A stretch of 64,000 bases of DNA. Source: Camelus ferus. Its lineage: Eukaryota. Shown here piece by piece: positions 12,831 through 25,285 of this stretch. The stretch covers positions 64,420,001 to 64,484,000 of the forward strand of contig NC_045707.1 of NCBI RefSeq assembly GCF_009834535.1. Direction: 5' to 3'. Under the pieces are notes generated by a model. That model was given only the letters and a program-made list of their open reading frames with translations, did not search any database and was not told where the DNA came from. Both the position numbers and the translations under genes were made by a program. Each line of letters starts with the position of its first letter. The first letter of the stretch is position 1.

Positions 12831-13039
12831 TGAAGTCATAGTATATGGGGCTGAGGTAAAAGGTAAGGGAATGAGGTCAAAAATGTCAGGAAGAAACACT
12901 CAGAAAAGTTAGCAATTTACTAACTCATTTGTATATTCAACAGAATACACATGAGGTTGTATTTTGTCCAAAGCAACCTAGGGGTGGTATCTTACTTCTT
13001 ACAACTAAAGGTCTAGAGGAGGAAGACGCCTTGCAAAAT

Positions 13040-13102
13040 GCCTTTGTGTTCAGCACAGGGCCTGGCACTGAATGAGTGAATGAATGAATGAAGGAATGAA
13101 TA
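13040..13102 (+). mobile_element. L2 3' terminus with (TGAA)n tail
   Basis: 'cagcacagggcctggcactgaatgagtgaatgaatgaatgaaggaatgaa'. Confidence 0.7.
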
Positions 13103-14169
13103 AGAGGGAGAAATACACCAATTCTTATTCCCCAAAAGAGTAGAGAGGTACAGACCGAGCTCTGAGTGCTCAAAGAAGGCTGAAATCACTTCCAGCTAAG
13201 ATGGATTTGAAGCGATGCACTCACCAAATATTTGTGTCTACGTTGTATTCTGGACACAGAGAATAAAACGTCAGCCCTGCCTTCCTAAGTGATGCTTCTA
13301 CAACTTGCTTATTTAGGTACAGAAATTAATGATGAGGAAACACCACTAAGGGGTCAGTCATTTTAGTTAATAGAGTTGGATTCATCTTATTTAATCCGGG
13401 AAGCTGCCTCTCAGTTGCTGCTGTATTGCTTCCTTGAACTGATACAAAACTACCTTATCTCCACAGAGAAATGTATCACTTTATTTACATACTTGAATTA
13501 ACTTCAAGTTAATGACAGCGAAAAACTCAAATGAATATTTCAGTAAATACAAATGAAACAGTTGCATCTAATAGTTTCAGCAACTGGGTATTTTCTTCGT
13601 TTGTTTGCCATTTCTTCTGCTCAACAATTAAGCTTAAAAAACAGGTCTTAATCGGTAGCCAAGAAGGTCACATGCATGTCTTTTGCAAGAACAAGCAATT
13701 TCATCCTCAAAGAACCTAATTTGAACTGATGAAAGAAAAAGGACTAAAAAAGCATTCATTCAATAAACATTAAAGAACTAGATGAAACAATTATCTTACC
13801 CAAATCACCTGATCATGAATAATTATGGCTACTTGTCAACTATATATTTATCTAGATAGATTGATTAACTTTTTTTCCATGGGAAAAAAATCAACGGGCA
13901 TGTCGAAAAACACTTAAAATATGCAGATGGAAGCAGAACTCCTTTTCTTTTGCTTATTCCATCCACCAGGTGTCCCTCTTCTCAAACATGGTGATGTGTT
14001 ACTACACAAATAAGTGTCATGCTGTGTTAATGAAAGTAACGTAGTTGAGTTGAATAAAATCCACGGACCATCCCGAAGGCTTAGTTTGGCAACTGCAAAA
14101 TGGCAAAACCTTAGCAGCTAAGTCTAAACACTCTGGACTGGGATGCCCTCCACACCATCATTACTAAGA

Positions 14170-14445
14170 AGCTATCTGGACTATCCTTAAGAATTTACTT
14201 CAATGGGAAGGCTACTCCTGTCTGAAGCAGCCTAACTCTGGTCAGCTCTGCCTATGGGGAAATTCTTTCTTACTTTGATTAGAAATTTTGCTCTTATACC
14301 TATCACCCACTGTTTGAATTTCTACCTTTGGAAATTATGTGAATCATAACTAATACGTTTGTTCTAAATAATAGTCACCCAAATAATTCAGTAGCTCCTA
14401 AGTACCATCTACGTATTCTTTTCTCCAGCCTAAATATGTTGTGTC
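14170..14445. mobile_element. CR1/L3 LINE remnant
   Basis: 'gaaattctttcttactttgattagaaattttgctcttatacctatcacccactgtttgaatttctacctttgg' and 'cttttctccagcctaaata' resemble L3. Confidence 0.5.
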
Positions 14446-15869
14446 CCCAAAGGTCACTGAAGAGTCAGCTGTTTAGAATTATGGGTCTATTTTCATATAA
14501 ACACAAAATTATAAATGGTGAATAGGGTTATGGGCTAGATCACAAAATGTGACTTAGCTTATATCAAGATGAAATAGTCAGAAATGACCCTTATTAAGTA
14601 AATACTTGTGAAATACCTAATTAAGGATTCCCAATAAAGGCTATTTAATTTGTTCATTTTATTTGATTGAATGGACAATACGCAGAAATTTATTAGAACG
14701 TTATTTTCCCAAATTCAAATCATACTTCTAAGCATCTATCACATATTCTGCCCTAGTGTTTTGGCGTAGCTGTAAGTAATCTGAATTGTAAATGATTATT
14801 TTACATTATTCAAAATCTGAGTAACTAAATAGCATTCAAAGTACATTTCCATTTTTACATTACCAGATAATTCTCTAATCTGATCATTACAATTTAATAT
14901 CCATTAATCTTCATGAACACAGATGAGCATATAAATATCCAGAGGGAGTAGTACTGAGAAGGAAATTTGATCACAGAACCGGGTAATTATTGCAAATGGG
15001 GATTACTCAGCGCCAGAACAGCTGTCTACACAGTAAATCATTATGTTTTATTTTTAAGAGTTGTTTGATGGTTGGCTTAGGCCTGTACTGAGTCAACATT
15101 TGAACTCTGTTGATTTTAAAGGCATTCCTCCCATTATAGGTAATATGAGTGAGTGGGCATTTCTTGTAACTCATTGTCATGACCCTTATGACACATATAC
15201 ATTTAGGTCTGCGTAGTAATAGGTTATGGTCATGACCATATGAAATAGTGTTCTCTTCAGAATCTCAGTGAAAAGATGGAGTACTCCTAAATCAACTGAC
15301 TGCAAATTATTTTCACTGAAAATCATTGTTTATGCAAATCAAGTAACACAAATTACACGCTCCAGCTATTTCTAAACTGTTCCTCACAAAAAATAGAACA
15401 AATGCTTAAAAATGAAAATCCAGCCAAGTTTCCCAGTTCTGCTGAGTCTTTCTGGGATCTCTGGGTGTCCATCCAGTCCTTAAAGCCACAGAGTCTGAAA
15501 TTCAAAAATTCTCTGTCACTAAGCATTAGGGTTGTGGGAGGATTAGACCGAAAGCCCACTATTGACAAATCCCATTAGTTGGTCAGGCAGCAACAAGAAA
15601 TGACTTATAATTTGGTTAAAATGGAGAGGAAGGGTATGGCTTGCCTGATCGGTACAGAATTTAATGTCACCAAGCCACACGGAAGGAGGTGGAGATGATT
15701 CAGTCACTGCCACTCATGTTATAGGATTTGAATTCATCAGTCATCTGAAATATCAGTGCCAATCAAACTCACCATATCACCATCTATACTAACTTTCGGA
15801 GAGGACGTGTTGGACCAAATGTTTTGGTTATGTTTGTGACTTGAGCATAACTTTAGTGCATTAATAGTA

Positions 15870-16050
15870 AATTTAATAAGGTGACAATTACTGAGCAGCT
15901 ACTGTAAGCCAGACAGGGTGCTAAGCATGTGTTGCATTGAATCTTCACAATATTCCCATGATACAGGCATCATACCAGCCTTACAGCTGCATTAACTGTA
16001 GCAGAGCAAGGTCTTTTGCCAAAGTTTTTGCACTTAACTCTGAAGTTCTC
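15870..16050 (-). mobile_element. MIR remnant
   Basis: 'attactgagcagctactgtaagccagacagggtgctaagc...tgaatcttcacaatattcccatgatacagg'. Confidence 0.65.
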
Positions 16051-16559
16051 ATGTCAGCTGTTTGTCTTCTGTGTCCTTCAAAGCAAGAAAGTTAGGCTTC
16101 ACCTCATGGGGTTTTACAATATGCCAAGCACTGGGTGTGAGAAATCCAGACAAATCAGTAACGACCTTCGTGCCAGGAGCTTACAGACAGAGAGGAGAGC
16201 AGGAGAGAACGCTCAAATGTTGCAGAGGGAATCACAGGGAGATTGAGGAGAGACGGATGCGCACTAATGCTTTCTTCTTGGCAACTAAATAACTTCTCCT
16301 TGAGATAAACAAGTGAATCTTAAGCATCAGCCTATGCCAAGAAATTGTACTCTGGGCTCCATTCTTTCTCAAGCCCTATATACTGAGGTACCAGTTCACC
16401 TCCCAGATGCTCACAAGCCACATTTGTACAGGTCTTTTTAATTTTTAATTTTTAGTTCTTTTGTTTGTTTTTTACACGTCTTTCTAAAAAGCTTCCTATT
16501 AGTTTTCCTTTCAGGTAACCTCGTAATCTAGTCTTTAAATAGTCTTAAAAGCCTTTTTC

Positions 16560-16850
16560 CGATCTCCAGCTGTTGAAAAGAAGTATCTTCTTTGTTCATT
16601 TCTTTCCATTTCTCCTAACCGTAACAACATGCCCTAAACGAACTAATTTCTGTTCTACTTTGTTATTTAGATTCTTCAAATATTTGGCAATTGTTAGCCT
16701 GTGTCCTTTAATTGTTTCTTTTTTGGGCTACATACACCACATTTCACTACCCGTGGAAATTTTTTCTCCATTATTAGTCTGTATTTATTTTTTAAGTTTT
16801 GAAAATTTTTTCTCTCCTCGTCACACTGCAGCACTAGGACCCGTGCTAAT
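16560..16850. mobile_element. Probable CR1/L3 remnant
   Basis: 'ttcttcaaatatttggcaattgttagcctgtgtcctttaattgtttcttttttgggctac' is L3-like. Confidence 0.4.
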
Positions 16851-17228
16851 ACCCTACGGCAGCTGGGTCATAAACCCAAACGCAGGGCACTTAGCGGCAG
16901 GGAGGCAGGATCATGAGCCTATTCTAGAAAAATCATGGAAAAGACAGCTCACCAGACAGTTCATCAGTGATGGTGACTCCGCAGAGCGAGATGCAGGAGT
17001 TAGGTGAATTGCTCTCTTTTCTTTCCAGACTTTCCATTTTTCTCTTAGCTTCCTAGGCGGCATTCACGTGGCCATTTTTAGAACTACTAAGCACAAAGGA
17101 CAGTGCTGGATTTCCAGCCTTTCTTGGGCATTTTAAGCAATGAAGCCCTAGGATTCATGATGTGGTTGAGGTAGTTCTTAAAGGAACTAATAGACTTTAT
17201 AGGTTAATGAAAAAGTGTATGCAGTTGC

Positions 17229-17230
<2 letters not shown>

Positions 17231-17263
<33 letters not shown>
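17231..17263. repeat. (GT)16 microsatellite
   Basis: Perfect GT run, directly visible. Confidence 0.98.
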
Positions 17264-17265
<2 letters not shown>

Positions 17266-17447
17266 ATAAAGGTGATTAATTCAGGAAGAACACAGGAGTC
17301 ATCCTAAAGGGATATAAAAAAAGCATTCTAAATGTTGCTGCTCTTCTAAATGTGACCTACTGTGATTCTGAATTTTCAGTCTCCTCTCTTAGATGAAGTA
17401 AATTTATATTAAGGGTCTGTCCAGTGCAATTCCTATGGTTCAATAGT

Positions 17448-17543
17448 CTTCCTTCCTTTCTTTCTCTCTTTTTCTTTTTTCTGTCTTTTCCTTCCTTCCT
17501 TCCTTCCTTCCTTCCTTCCTTCCTTCCTTCCTTCCTTCCTTCC
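17448..17543. repeat. Polypyrimidine tract with (TTCC)n microsatellite
   Basis: Near-pure C/T stretch with a perfect TTCC array from ~17488 to 17543. Confidence 0.97.
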
Positions 17544-19637
17544 ATTTGTTTTTCTAACAGAGATAAGTGCTTCCAGTATTTTCTCTTGTTCTTATAGTGA
17601 ACCTTGTATTGGCGGGGGTGGGGGGGACTGGAATTTCCTGTGCACTTCTTCAACTCTCACCTTCCACTCAAATCTTCCTGGAAGAAGAAAGTGAGACCCC
17701 CCGCCCCCAACCCTCCATGCCCCGCTTTCATGATTTTCAGAACATTAATGAGAACCCGAACCAACTGCCTTCACTTCAGCTATGCCCTTACTGCTCTTTC
17801 GTATTTTGTCCTCACTTTTTACCTCTTTGCCTTTGCTTACGCAGCTTCCGTCCACCTCGCTTCCCTGACTTCCCCAGTGTTCCCTCTGTACTGTCTGGTT
17901 CAGATCCAGGCTCCTTTTCAAAACTCTGATTCCAGTAGACCACAAAGTCTTCCCTATTTATGTTTTTTTATATATACTTAAAAATGTACCTGAGACTTTT
18001 ATCTTCTATGTATTGATTATTGTTCCTTTTTATGTTATTATTGTGGTCTTGCCCTCAAGCAAATTCTGATTCCCTGAGAGCGTGCGACATGATTTACACT
18101 TCCCTGGTATTTTCCTGCCATACCTAGTACAATGCTACGCATAGATTGTACTTATAAACTGTACCGATTTTTTTTATTTTCCGTAAATATTTGTCCACTG
18201 GTTACTCTTTTCACAGTATCCAATTGAAGTGATTAGATTTAGAATTTTTGGAATGATAAATCTTAAAATCAATCAAAACTATCATATAAATCAAGTCCAA
18301 ATATGGCATGAACCTTTTTATGTAATATAATCAAAATTGATCATTGGTTGATTCACTCTAATTTAGCTCAGTTGCAGGAGGGAAGCATAAAAATAATTTA
18401 CCTTTCAGTCTTATTTTATTTCATTTAGTTTCAAATATATAACCTTAGACCACTTTTGCATAGGAATGCACTGATTAGAGGACCATGTTATCTTTTTGTA
18501 AAAACCATGCTCAAATTTTATCATATCTGATTTCTATTTTTGGTGTCTTTAAAAGGCACAGTATGAGTACAGAATCCTTCTAGGATTTTATAATTTTTCC
18601 TAGTCTAGTATAATTGTCTAGCCCAAACCTAGGCCTAATTCAACAGAAATTCTTTTTAGCAACATAACGTGTCCTGAATCTTTCAAAGTTTTCAACTTAG
18701 TTTTCATAGAAATAACAACAATCTGGTTATGGCACTCATATTAATCATCCTACATAAGTGTTCTTAAATTACAGCAATGACAATAGTAAGTGTAATTGGC
18801 ATTAACAGGTTTGGAAACACATCCGCCTGACTTTTAGTGAGCAGACAGTGCGTTGGTGCAGAATCACACAGGCCTACTAGGAGCGAGCCCACTCATCTGC
18901 AGCACACAGCAGGCCTTGAGCTTTGCTCCTTGTGTTTCACAGAGCGATTGGGGGGTTCACTGGAGGGCACTTACCCTTGGAGAGATGTTTGAGAGCGTCT
19001 GTGACCGTCGCATATTCATTATGGCCATTGTAGACATTGATGTTCACCTCCAGAGGGTCCTAGCACACAGTCAACACTCAATAAATAGTATCCATTCACA
19101 TGTTTCATGAGAAAGTTGATTATTTGTAAACGTTTTAAGTCCACAGAGACATCTGTAGACTGTTTGGCTTGCAGCCTACATCTCTGGGTTAAGAGGAACC
19201 ATCACCAGGGAGCATAAAGACGAACGGTCGGTAGAGAGTAAAGGTCCAGTTTGTTCCTTGTATTCACGGGTTCAACCATCAACACATTGTCTTTTTTTTT
19301 TTTTTTTTTTAGTTAACTACTCTTTGCCAGCTTCTGCTCTCCATGTATCAAGGTCCATTACACAAAGGCAGACCATTGTCAGATTTTAGTACAAGTCTTT
19401 CTTTCTTTCTTTCTTTCTTTTTTTTTTTCATTTCATGGGTGATTTCTTTCAACTCCTGGAGTAAAGTATGTTTTCCAGACTTGAACAGAACAAGTTTCTT
19501 AAGATATGTAAGTAAAGTGTATATGCAAACCTTTTTTCTAGGATTAGCTCTGCTTCTTTAAATATACCAAAGGGAACAATAGAAATTATAAGGCAGAAGA
19601 ACTAGAAGATTTTAAGGGATAGCTGTAAATATCACGC

Positions 19638-20217
19638 TGTGGAAGGCTCGGTAAAGCTGGTCTACACCAGATCTCCGGAATCTGTGAGTGGTACCTTGTT
19701 TAGATAAGAGGTCTTTTCAGATGTGGTTAAGGTAAGGGTCTTGACTTGAGGAGATAATCCTGGACTATCCTGATACACCCTAAATCCAGTGACAAGGGTC
19801 CTTATAGAAGACAGAGGGTAGATTTGAGACAGACAGAAGAGAAGACAGACAGAAGAGAAGAAGGCAGTGTGACCACAGAGACAAAGGTCAGAGTGATGTG
19901 GCACAAGGCAGGGGCTGCATACAGCCTCCAGAATCTGGAAGAGGCGAAGAACAGATCCGGCCATAGCGCTTTGGGAGGAGTACAGCCAGGCCAAAAGGAT
20001 CAGAGTGATGTGGCACAAGGCAGGGGCTGCATACAGCCTCCAGAAGCTGGAAGAGGCGAAGAACAGATCTGGCCATAGCGCTTTGGGGGGAGTGCAGCCA
20101 GGCCAGCAGCTTAATTTCAGACTTCTGGCCTCCAAAACCATGTGAGAGTGAATCTCTGTTGTTTTAAGCCACCAAGTTTGTGGCCCCTTGTTACAACAGC
20201 CACAGGAAACTAATATG
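19638..20217 (+). mobile_element. MaLR solo LTR (MLT1C-like) with internal 112-bp tandem duplication
   Basis: MLT1C motifs 'ccctaaatccagtgacaagggtccttatagaagac' and 'gttgttttaagccaccaagtttgtgg...acagccacaggaaactaata'. Confidence 0.9.
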
Positions 20218-20488
20218 CGTGCCATAAGTAAGTCCAGTCAGCATGTGTCCTTAAACCCTATAGTGGGGACAACCCAAGAGTAAATAGACCCTTAGGTCTT
20301 CATTAGACAAAGATTTCCAGAAGAACAGTATTGGAGCTAACTCAGTGATTTTATGGATCTGGTTGTGCTAATTATAATCTGTTGTGTTGCTTTTAGAGAA
20401 TTATGGGGGGAAGGTGAAATATATTCATATTGAAAAGCAAAATTCACAAGTCATACATAAAAAGTGGTAGCAGTTGGTTACAAATACA

Positions 20489-20936
20489 CATCAATGAAAA
20501 ATTAGTCAGTCTATCTAAGAAAGAAGTGGAAATTTTTATTCAAGCCGAATTTGACGATTATAACCCGGGAAGAGCATCTCAGAAAGCAATGAGAACTGTT
20601 CCACCTGTTAGAAATCAAGGCACAGTTATGTAAGGTTTTTGAGACAGAGGACCTTACATTCAAGTGATGTTTTATTGACAGTTTACGTAATCCAGATCTC
20701 AGCGCCATGTGGCCCCTTACGAGATCGAGAAGGGATGTTATTGTTAAGAGGATGTCTTGTTGGTGCTGGGAGAATGGTGCTCTTCATGGTTGAGTAGGTA
20801 TTTCTGCCGATTGAGAGACTTGGTCGATGCATAACAGAGATACACAGTAGAGGGGAGAGAGACGGCCAAAGGGCAGAGAAAGTTTGTATGTTTAAACTTC
20901 TCTTGTCTTGCCGTAAGATACGAATTTTATTTCATA
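20489..20936 (-). mobile_element. ERV1-type solo LTR with 4-bp TSD
   Basis: TACA at 20485-20488 and 20937-20940. The minus strand begins (t)atgaaataaaattcgtatcttacggcaag and has AATAAA near its 3' end (tttatt at ~20535). Termini are CpG-decayed. Confidence 0.7.
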
Positions 20937-22482
20937 TACAGTATATTTTCATTTCCGTAGGAATTGTTTTATTGGGCTTTTAAAGAGGCAATAGGGTTCC
21001 AAATCCCTTTCAGGGAAAATATTAACATTGTGCTTAAAAACTTATAAAATTAAATTTGAAGATATGCGAGCAGAGCACTGATAAAGGTTTGGCAATACTG
21101 ATACTAACAGAGCATCCATGGGGATATTAACAGAAAGACTCAGCCACAGAGTGTTAATAAGTTGTTTTATTAGTACTGAGTGCTCATACATACACTTTCA
21201 TTAATAAAATGTTAATTGGATTTTGAATTTATAGTGAAAACTAATATGGTGAGCAAGTAAATGATTACATAATAATACCTGGTATCGGAAATCTCTATTA
21301 AATTGAGGGGAAGGTTGCCTTTACTTTTATTCAGCTTAAATAAAACATTTGGAATATGTTTTAAAAAAAACTTACCGTGCTGTGTAAAATCAGAACTGAT
21401 GTACACTTTCAATCCTGACGTTATTTTCAGTAGACTCCCAATTTCATGACAATGGTTTTCTTACTTCACCCAACCTTGAGCGTCTCATATTGTGCAGTTA
21501 TGTCCTAGTTTTCAGCTGTTTCCTGTGGACTCTGGTACTCAGAGTCAGGGAGTCAAGTTGCAAGACTGAAGTCGTAGAGACACTAATCATTTTTGGAAGG
21601 TCACCCAAGTCAGGGTTGAGAGACTCAGCCAAGGAGTGACAGCCAGTTTGTGAAGCAAATGGAGATACATAAGAAATATGCAAAACTATGAGATACCTCT
21701 ATAGGAAGTTAAATGACCCATACCGTATTAATAAGCTTGGAATTAGATCTCCTTGGCATGTGCCATACTGAGGCACTGTATCCTACTCTCTGCTGATTCA
21801 CGGGTGGTTCAGGTCCAGGCTGGCTCCAGCTGTTTATCTGTCGTGTGGTATCTGGGTGGTAGAGTGGAGTCCGAGTCCCATGACAGTTGAGCTGGAATGG
21901 AATTTTCACTGCATAGCTCTTCCGGGGCAGAGAAAAGGCTCAGTGCAGGAATTCCTCTAGGACCAACCAAAGAAGGCTGAGAGTTACTGAGAGCACAAAA
22001 GAACTTGATTGCAGGGGTCTCTTATCTCTGAGGTAAAGCTGGTTTAAAAAAAATCAAAGCTGTAAAAACTCAAGACAGACAGGAAGATAGTCTGAGCACA
22101 TTGATCAGAGTTACTTCTCTGCATGGTCACTTCATGGTGTCTCTGTTGAATCCAATCCCTGTCCTGAAGATTTTGACGGAGATTATTCTGGAATTCCCTT
22201 AATCTTAATCTCCCGCTGTGTAGTGAAGGATGTTCAAGTGGAGACACGAGGACAACTCCTCCCCCTCCCCAGGGCCCCAGCTCTCCTGAAAGGGTGAGGA
22301 GTTTGCAGTGAGCGCACCCCGTGGTTTGCAACAATGATCCACTGTTAACTCTCCCATGTGCTTTCATCCTTGTGGTTCAGAGTCACTGAAATCTCTATCC
22401 TGTGTTGGAAAGAGTAGAGTTGAAGCAGCAGTCCAGCTACAATCAGAGACTCAAAACTTAATATACTTAATTCAGAAGTGGT

Positions 22483-22985
22483 TGTGGGAGGCAGAATTAT
22501 GCCCCCAGAGATGTCCATGTCCTAATTCCTGGAAGCCGTGAGTGTGTTACTTTACAGTGACGGGGGGAAATGAAGTTGCAGACAGTTAAGTCTCCTAATA
22601 AATTGACCCTGAGATAGGGAGATTGTCCTGGATTTCTGGGCCCAATGTAATCACAACGGTCCTTGAAAGTAGAAGAGAGAGGAAAGAGAGCAAGTCAGAG
22701 TGATGCAGTGTGAGGTCTCAGTGTGCCACTACTGCCTTTGAAAATGGAAGGAGGGCGCCACAGGACAAGAATCATGACGTCCTCTAAAAAGTGGAAAAAG
22801 CAAAGAAACAGTGTCTCTTCTGCCCTGGCACCTGTGAAAGTGAATGTGGTCGGGTAGACACTGATTTTTAGCCCAGTGAAGCCCACGTCAGACTTCTGAT
22901 GAACAGAACTGAAAGATAAACTCGCATTTTTTCAAGGCAATAAATTTGAGATAATTTGTTATGGCCGCAGTAGTAAATTAATATA
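22483..22985 (+). mobile_element. MaLR solo LTR (MLT1D-like)
   Basis: Starts tgtgggaggcagaattatgcccccagagatgtccatgtcctaattcctggaa and ends taatttgttatggccgcagtagtaaattaatata. TSD gtggt/gtggc. Confidence 0.9.
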
Positions 22986-23719
22986 GTGGCATCCCAGGAA
23001 CAAACACGAAATCAGAATCCAGTGACCGTAGTTACTTAATTCATGTTTCAAAATCCAAAGGCATGGTCCCATTTATGGGACAGCAGTCAAGCCAAGAAGA
23101 GGGCATTAATATTGAAGCACAGCACGGGCACTTTGGTTTTGAACTACCAGTGATTTGTACCTGCTTCTAAGAAAGGCATTTTAAGCATCGATAAGAATAC
23201 CAACCAGTGTCCGAGATCCACAGGTGGAGGGAGAAAGGCTAGTCTCCATCCCTGGCCCACAGAGGATGCGAACAGTCAATCCGTTGCCAAGAAGGTAAGC
23301 CCAGAACCATATCATAACCAGGCTCTCTGTACTTGTCACGAGGTTGATAATCCAATAATCATTACTTTTACTTGCTAACTGCCTATGGGTATTTCTTATA
23401 CCATTAGAAGAAGGGGGTTTGCAGACCATTAAATGTTATCTCGTGGAATGTTTTATCCTCCTAATTTAAATACCCCAAACCAATGTTGATATAATTACAC
23501 TAGATTATAATAATAGTTTTTAAATAGCCTGTGTAACTTCACAGATGAAGCATATGTTGCAATTATAAATTCCCAAGACTTTTTCCCTTAATCTTTAGCA
23601 ATTTAAAGTATCTGATTTGTGGTAATCTTGTTCAAATTATCAATAATATATTGAATGTCTCTAAGGCATATATGTCCACACATACTGCACACACAAGATA
23701 AAGAGGAATAAGAAAGACT

Positions 23720-24175
23720 GTGGCTTTACTTCCCTTTTCTACAAAACTCCATCCTGGTACCTAGACCAGGTGGACAGGCAAGTTGATCTATGAGTTCATC
23801 AGAGGCCCACAGTGTGTCTTCTTGCTGCTCCATTGTACTACAGGGGATAATTCTATCCGCATTCACATCACCATGTCACAACATCACTCAGCATCACAGT
23901 GTCCACATTCTGGTCCATAAGGGGAGACCAGAGGAAGCAGATGGCAAACAGCTTCTGTTCAAAGGGATGCAGAAAGGTGCACACACACACACAACTGCTA
24001 CTGACATCTCGTTAGCCGGAACCGAGTTACACAGCCGTCCCAGGCTACAAGAGAGCGTGAGTAATGTGATCTGTAGATGGGTGACCACATGTTCAGCTAA
24101 AATTTGGAGGATTCTATTTATTAAGGGAAATGGAGAGTCTGGATGTTGGGGGAATAATTAGCAATCTCTGTTTCG
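23720..24175 (-). mobile_element. Old MaLR LTR (MLT1J/K-like)
   Basis: 'actgctactgacatctcgttagccggaaccgagttacacagcc...tggatgttgggggaataattagcaatctctg'. Confidence 0.65.
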
Positions 24176-25139
24176 AGAGTTAGAACAATCCCTACCAGTC
24201 AAACCAGCTTTGTCTGCTATTCTTTGTGTGTGTGTGTGTATCCTCACCTTATTCCTGTGGTAATTTGCCTGGTTTTGACCTGTTTCTGGCTGCCTGTTTG
24301 CTCCCTTTGTCTTCCCTTCTGTATCTATGTTTGCCCATCATGGCTTCACTTGCCCTTGCGACCACCTTACAGTCCTTTCCCGGTACGTTCCTGTGATACC
24401 GTTTTTGGTTTATGGTTGACTGTCACTCTTGTATTCTGTGTGTAAGTGGTCACCTTCCCAGCCAGCCAAATAAGCTGGGATCCCAAATAGCTCAGGGTCT
24501 TCCCTTCCATTCCCAAATAATCTCAACCAGTGATGTGTGACGCAAATCATCTTTATGCCGACAGCATCCGAGAGCTTTATCCTTTGCCAGAATGCATTAC
24601 GGAAGAGTGACATCAGCAGGTTTTACGTTTTAGTGTGTTTGGCCTTTAGAGTAGATAAAGCTTGTGCTGAATAGTTAGTAGCTCTACTTAATTTAGACTT
24701 CTTTGAGACAAAATCTACATTAAGTGGTCAGTATGCAACCTTATTCGTGATGGCCCATCCGTTGTGACGTAGGACTAGCAGTGATGCGGGTGGACCTCCA
24801 AGGATACCACCCCCGATGGGTTACTTATTCCTGTACTTTTTCTTGTCGTCTTTAAGACGCTTTCTTGGCATTTTGAATTTTTTCTTTGCTTGTTTTATAA
24901 AGGAATGCCAAGAGAGTGAGGTCTGGCATCCATGGTCAAAGTAAAGAGACGTTTCCAGGGCAATCGCTTTCTCTGTAATAATCAGCAAAAGAAATATATA
25001 GATTGAACTTGTAGTGGGGAAAGTATAACAGTCCACCAAAATGAGGCATATTGGCTTTCTGTCAAAGTAACTGATTAGTGCTTATGAAGGCAGCCAGTGG
25101 CCTCAGCGTCATAAAACACAAGAAACAGAAGAACACTCA

Positions 25140-25285
25140 GAGAAGATACAGCCCAGCATCCTTCATTTGACTGATTGAAACCCACATCCGAGGAAGTGGG
25201 GGGATTTTTGCCCGGGAAAGCCAGAACCGGAACCAGGGGTTGATGCTCAGTGCAGAACCCGGTATCTTGGATTCCTGACTTACCT
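25140..25285 (-). mobile_element. MIR remnant
   Basis: 'ccttcatttgactgattgaaacccacatccgagg...cagaacccggtatcttggattcc'. Confidence 0.5.

Noticed and set aside
19662..20225. 187-aa ORF with an internal repeat
   Set aside because: Antisense reading of an MLT1C LTR. The repeat is the DNA tandem duplication.
24821..25039. ORF ending in a basic NLS-like run (MPRKRLKDDKKKYRNK)
   Set aside because: Arises from a T-rich plus strand, with no homology or exon structure evident.
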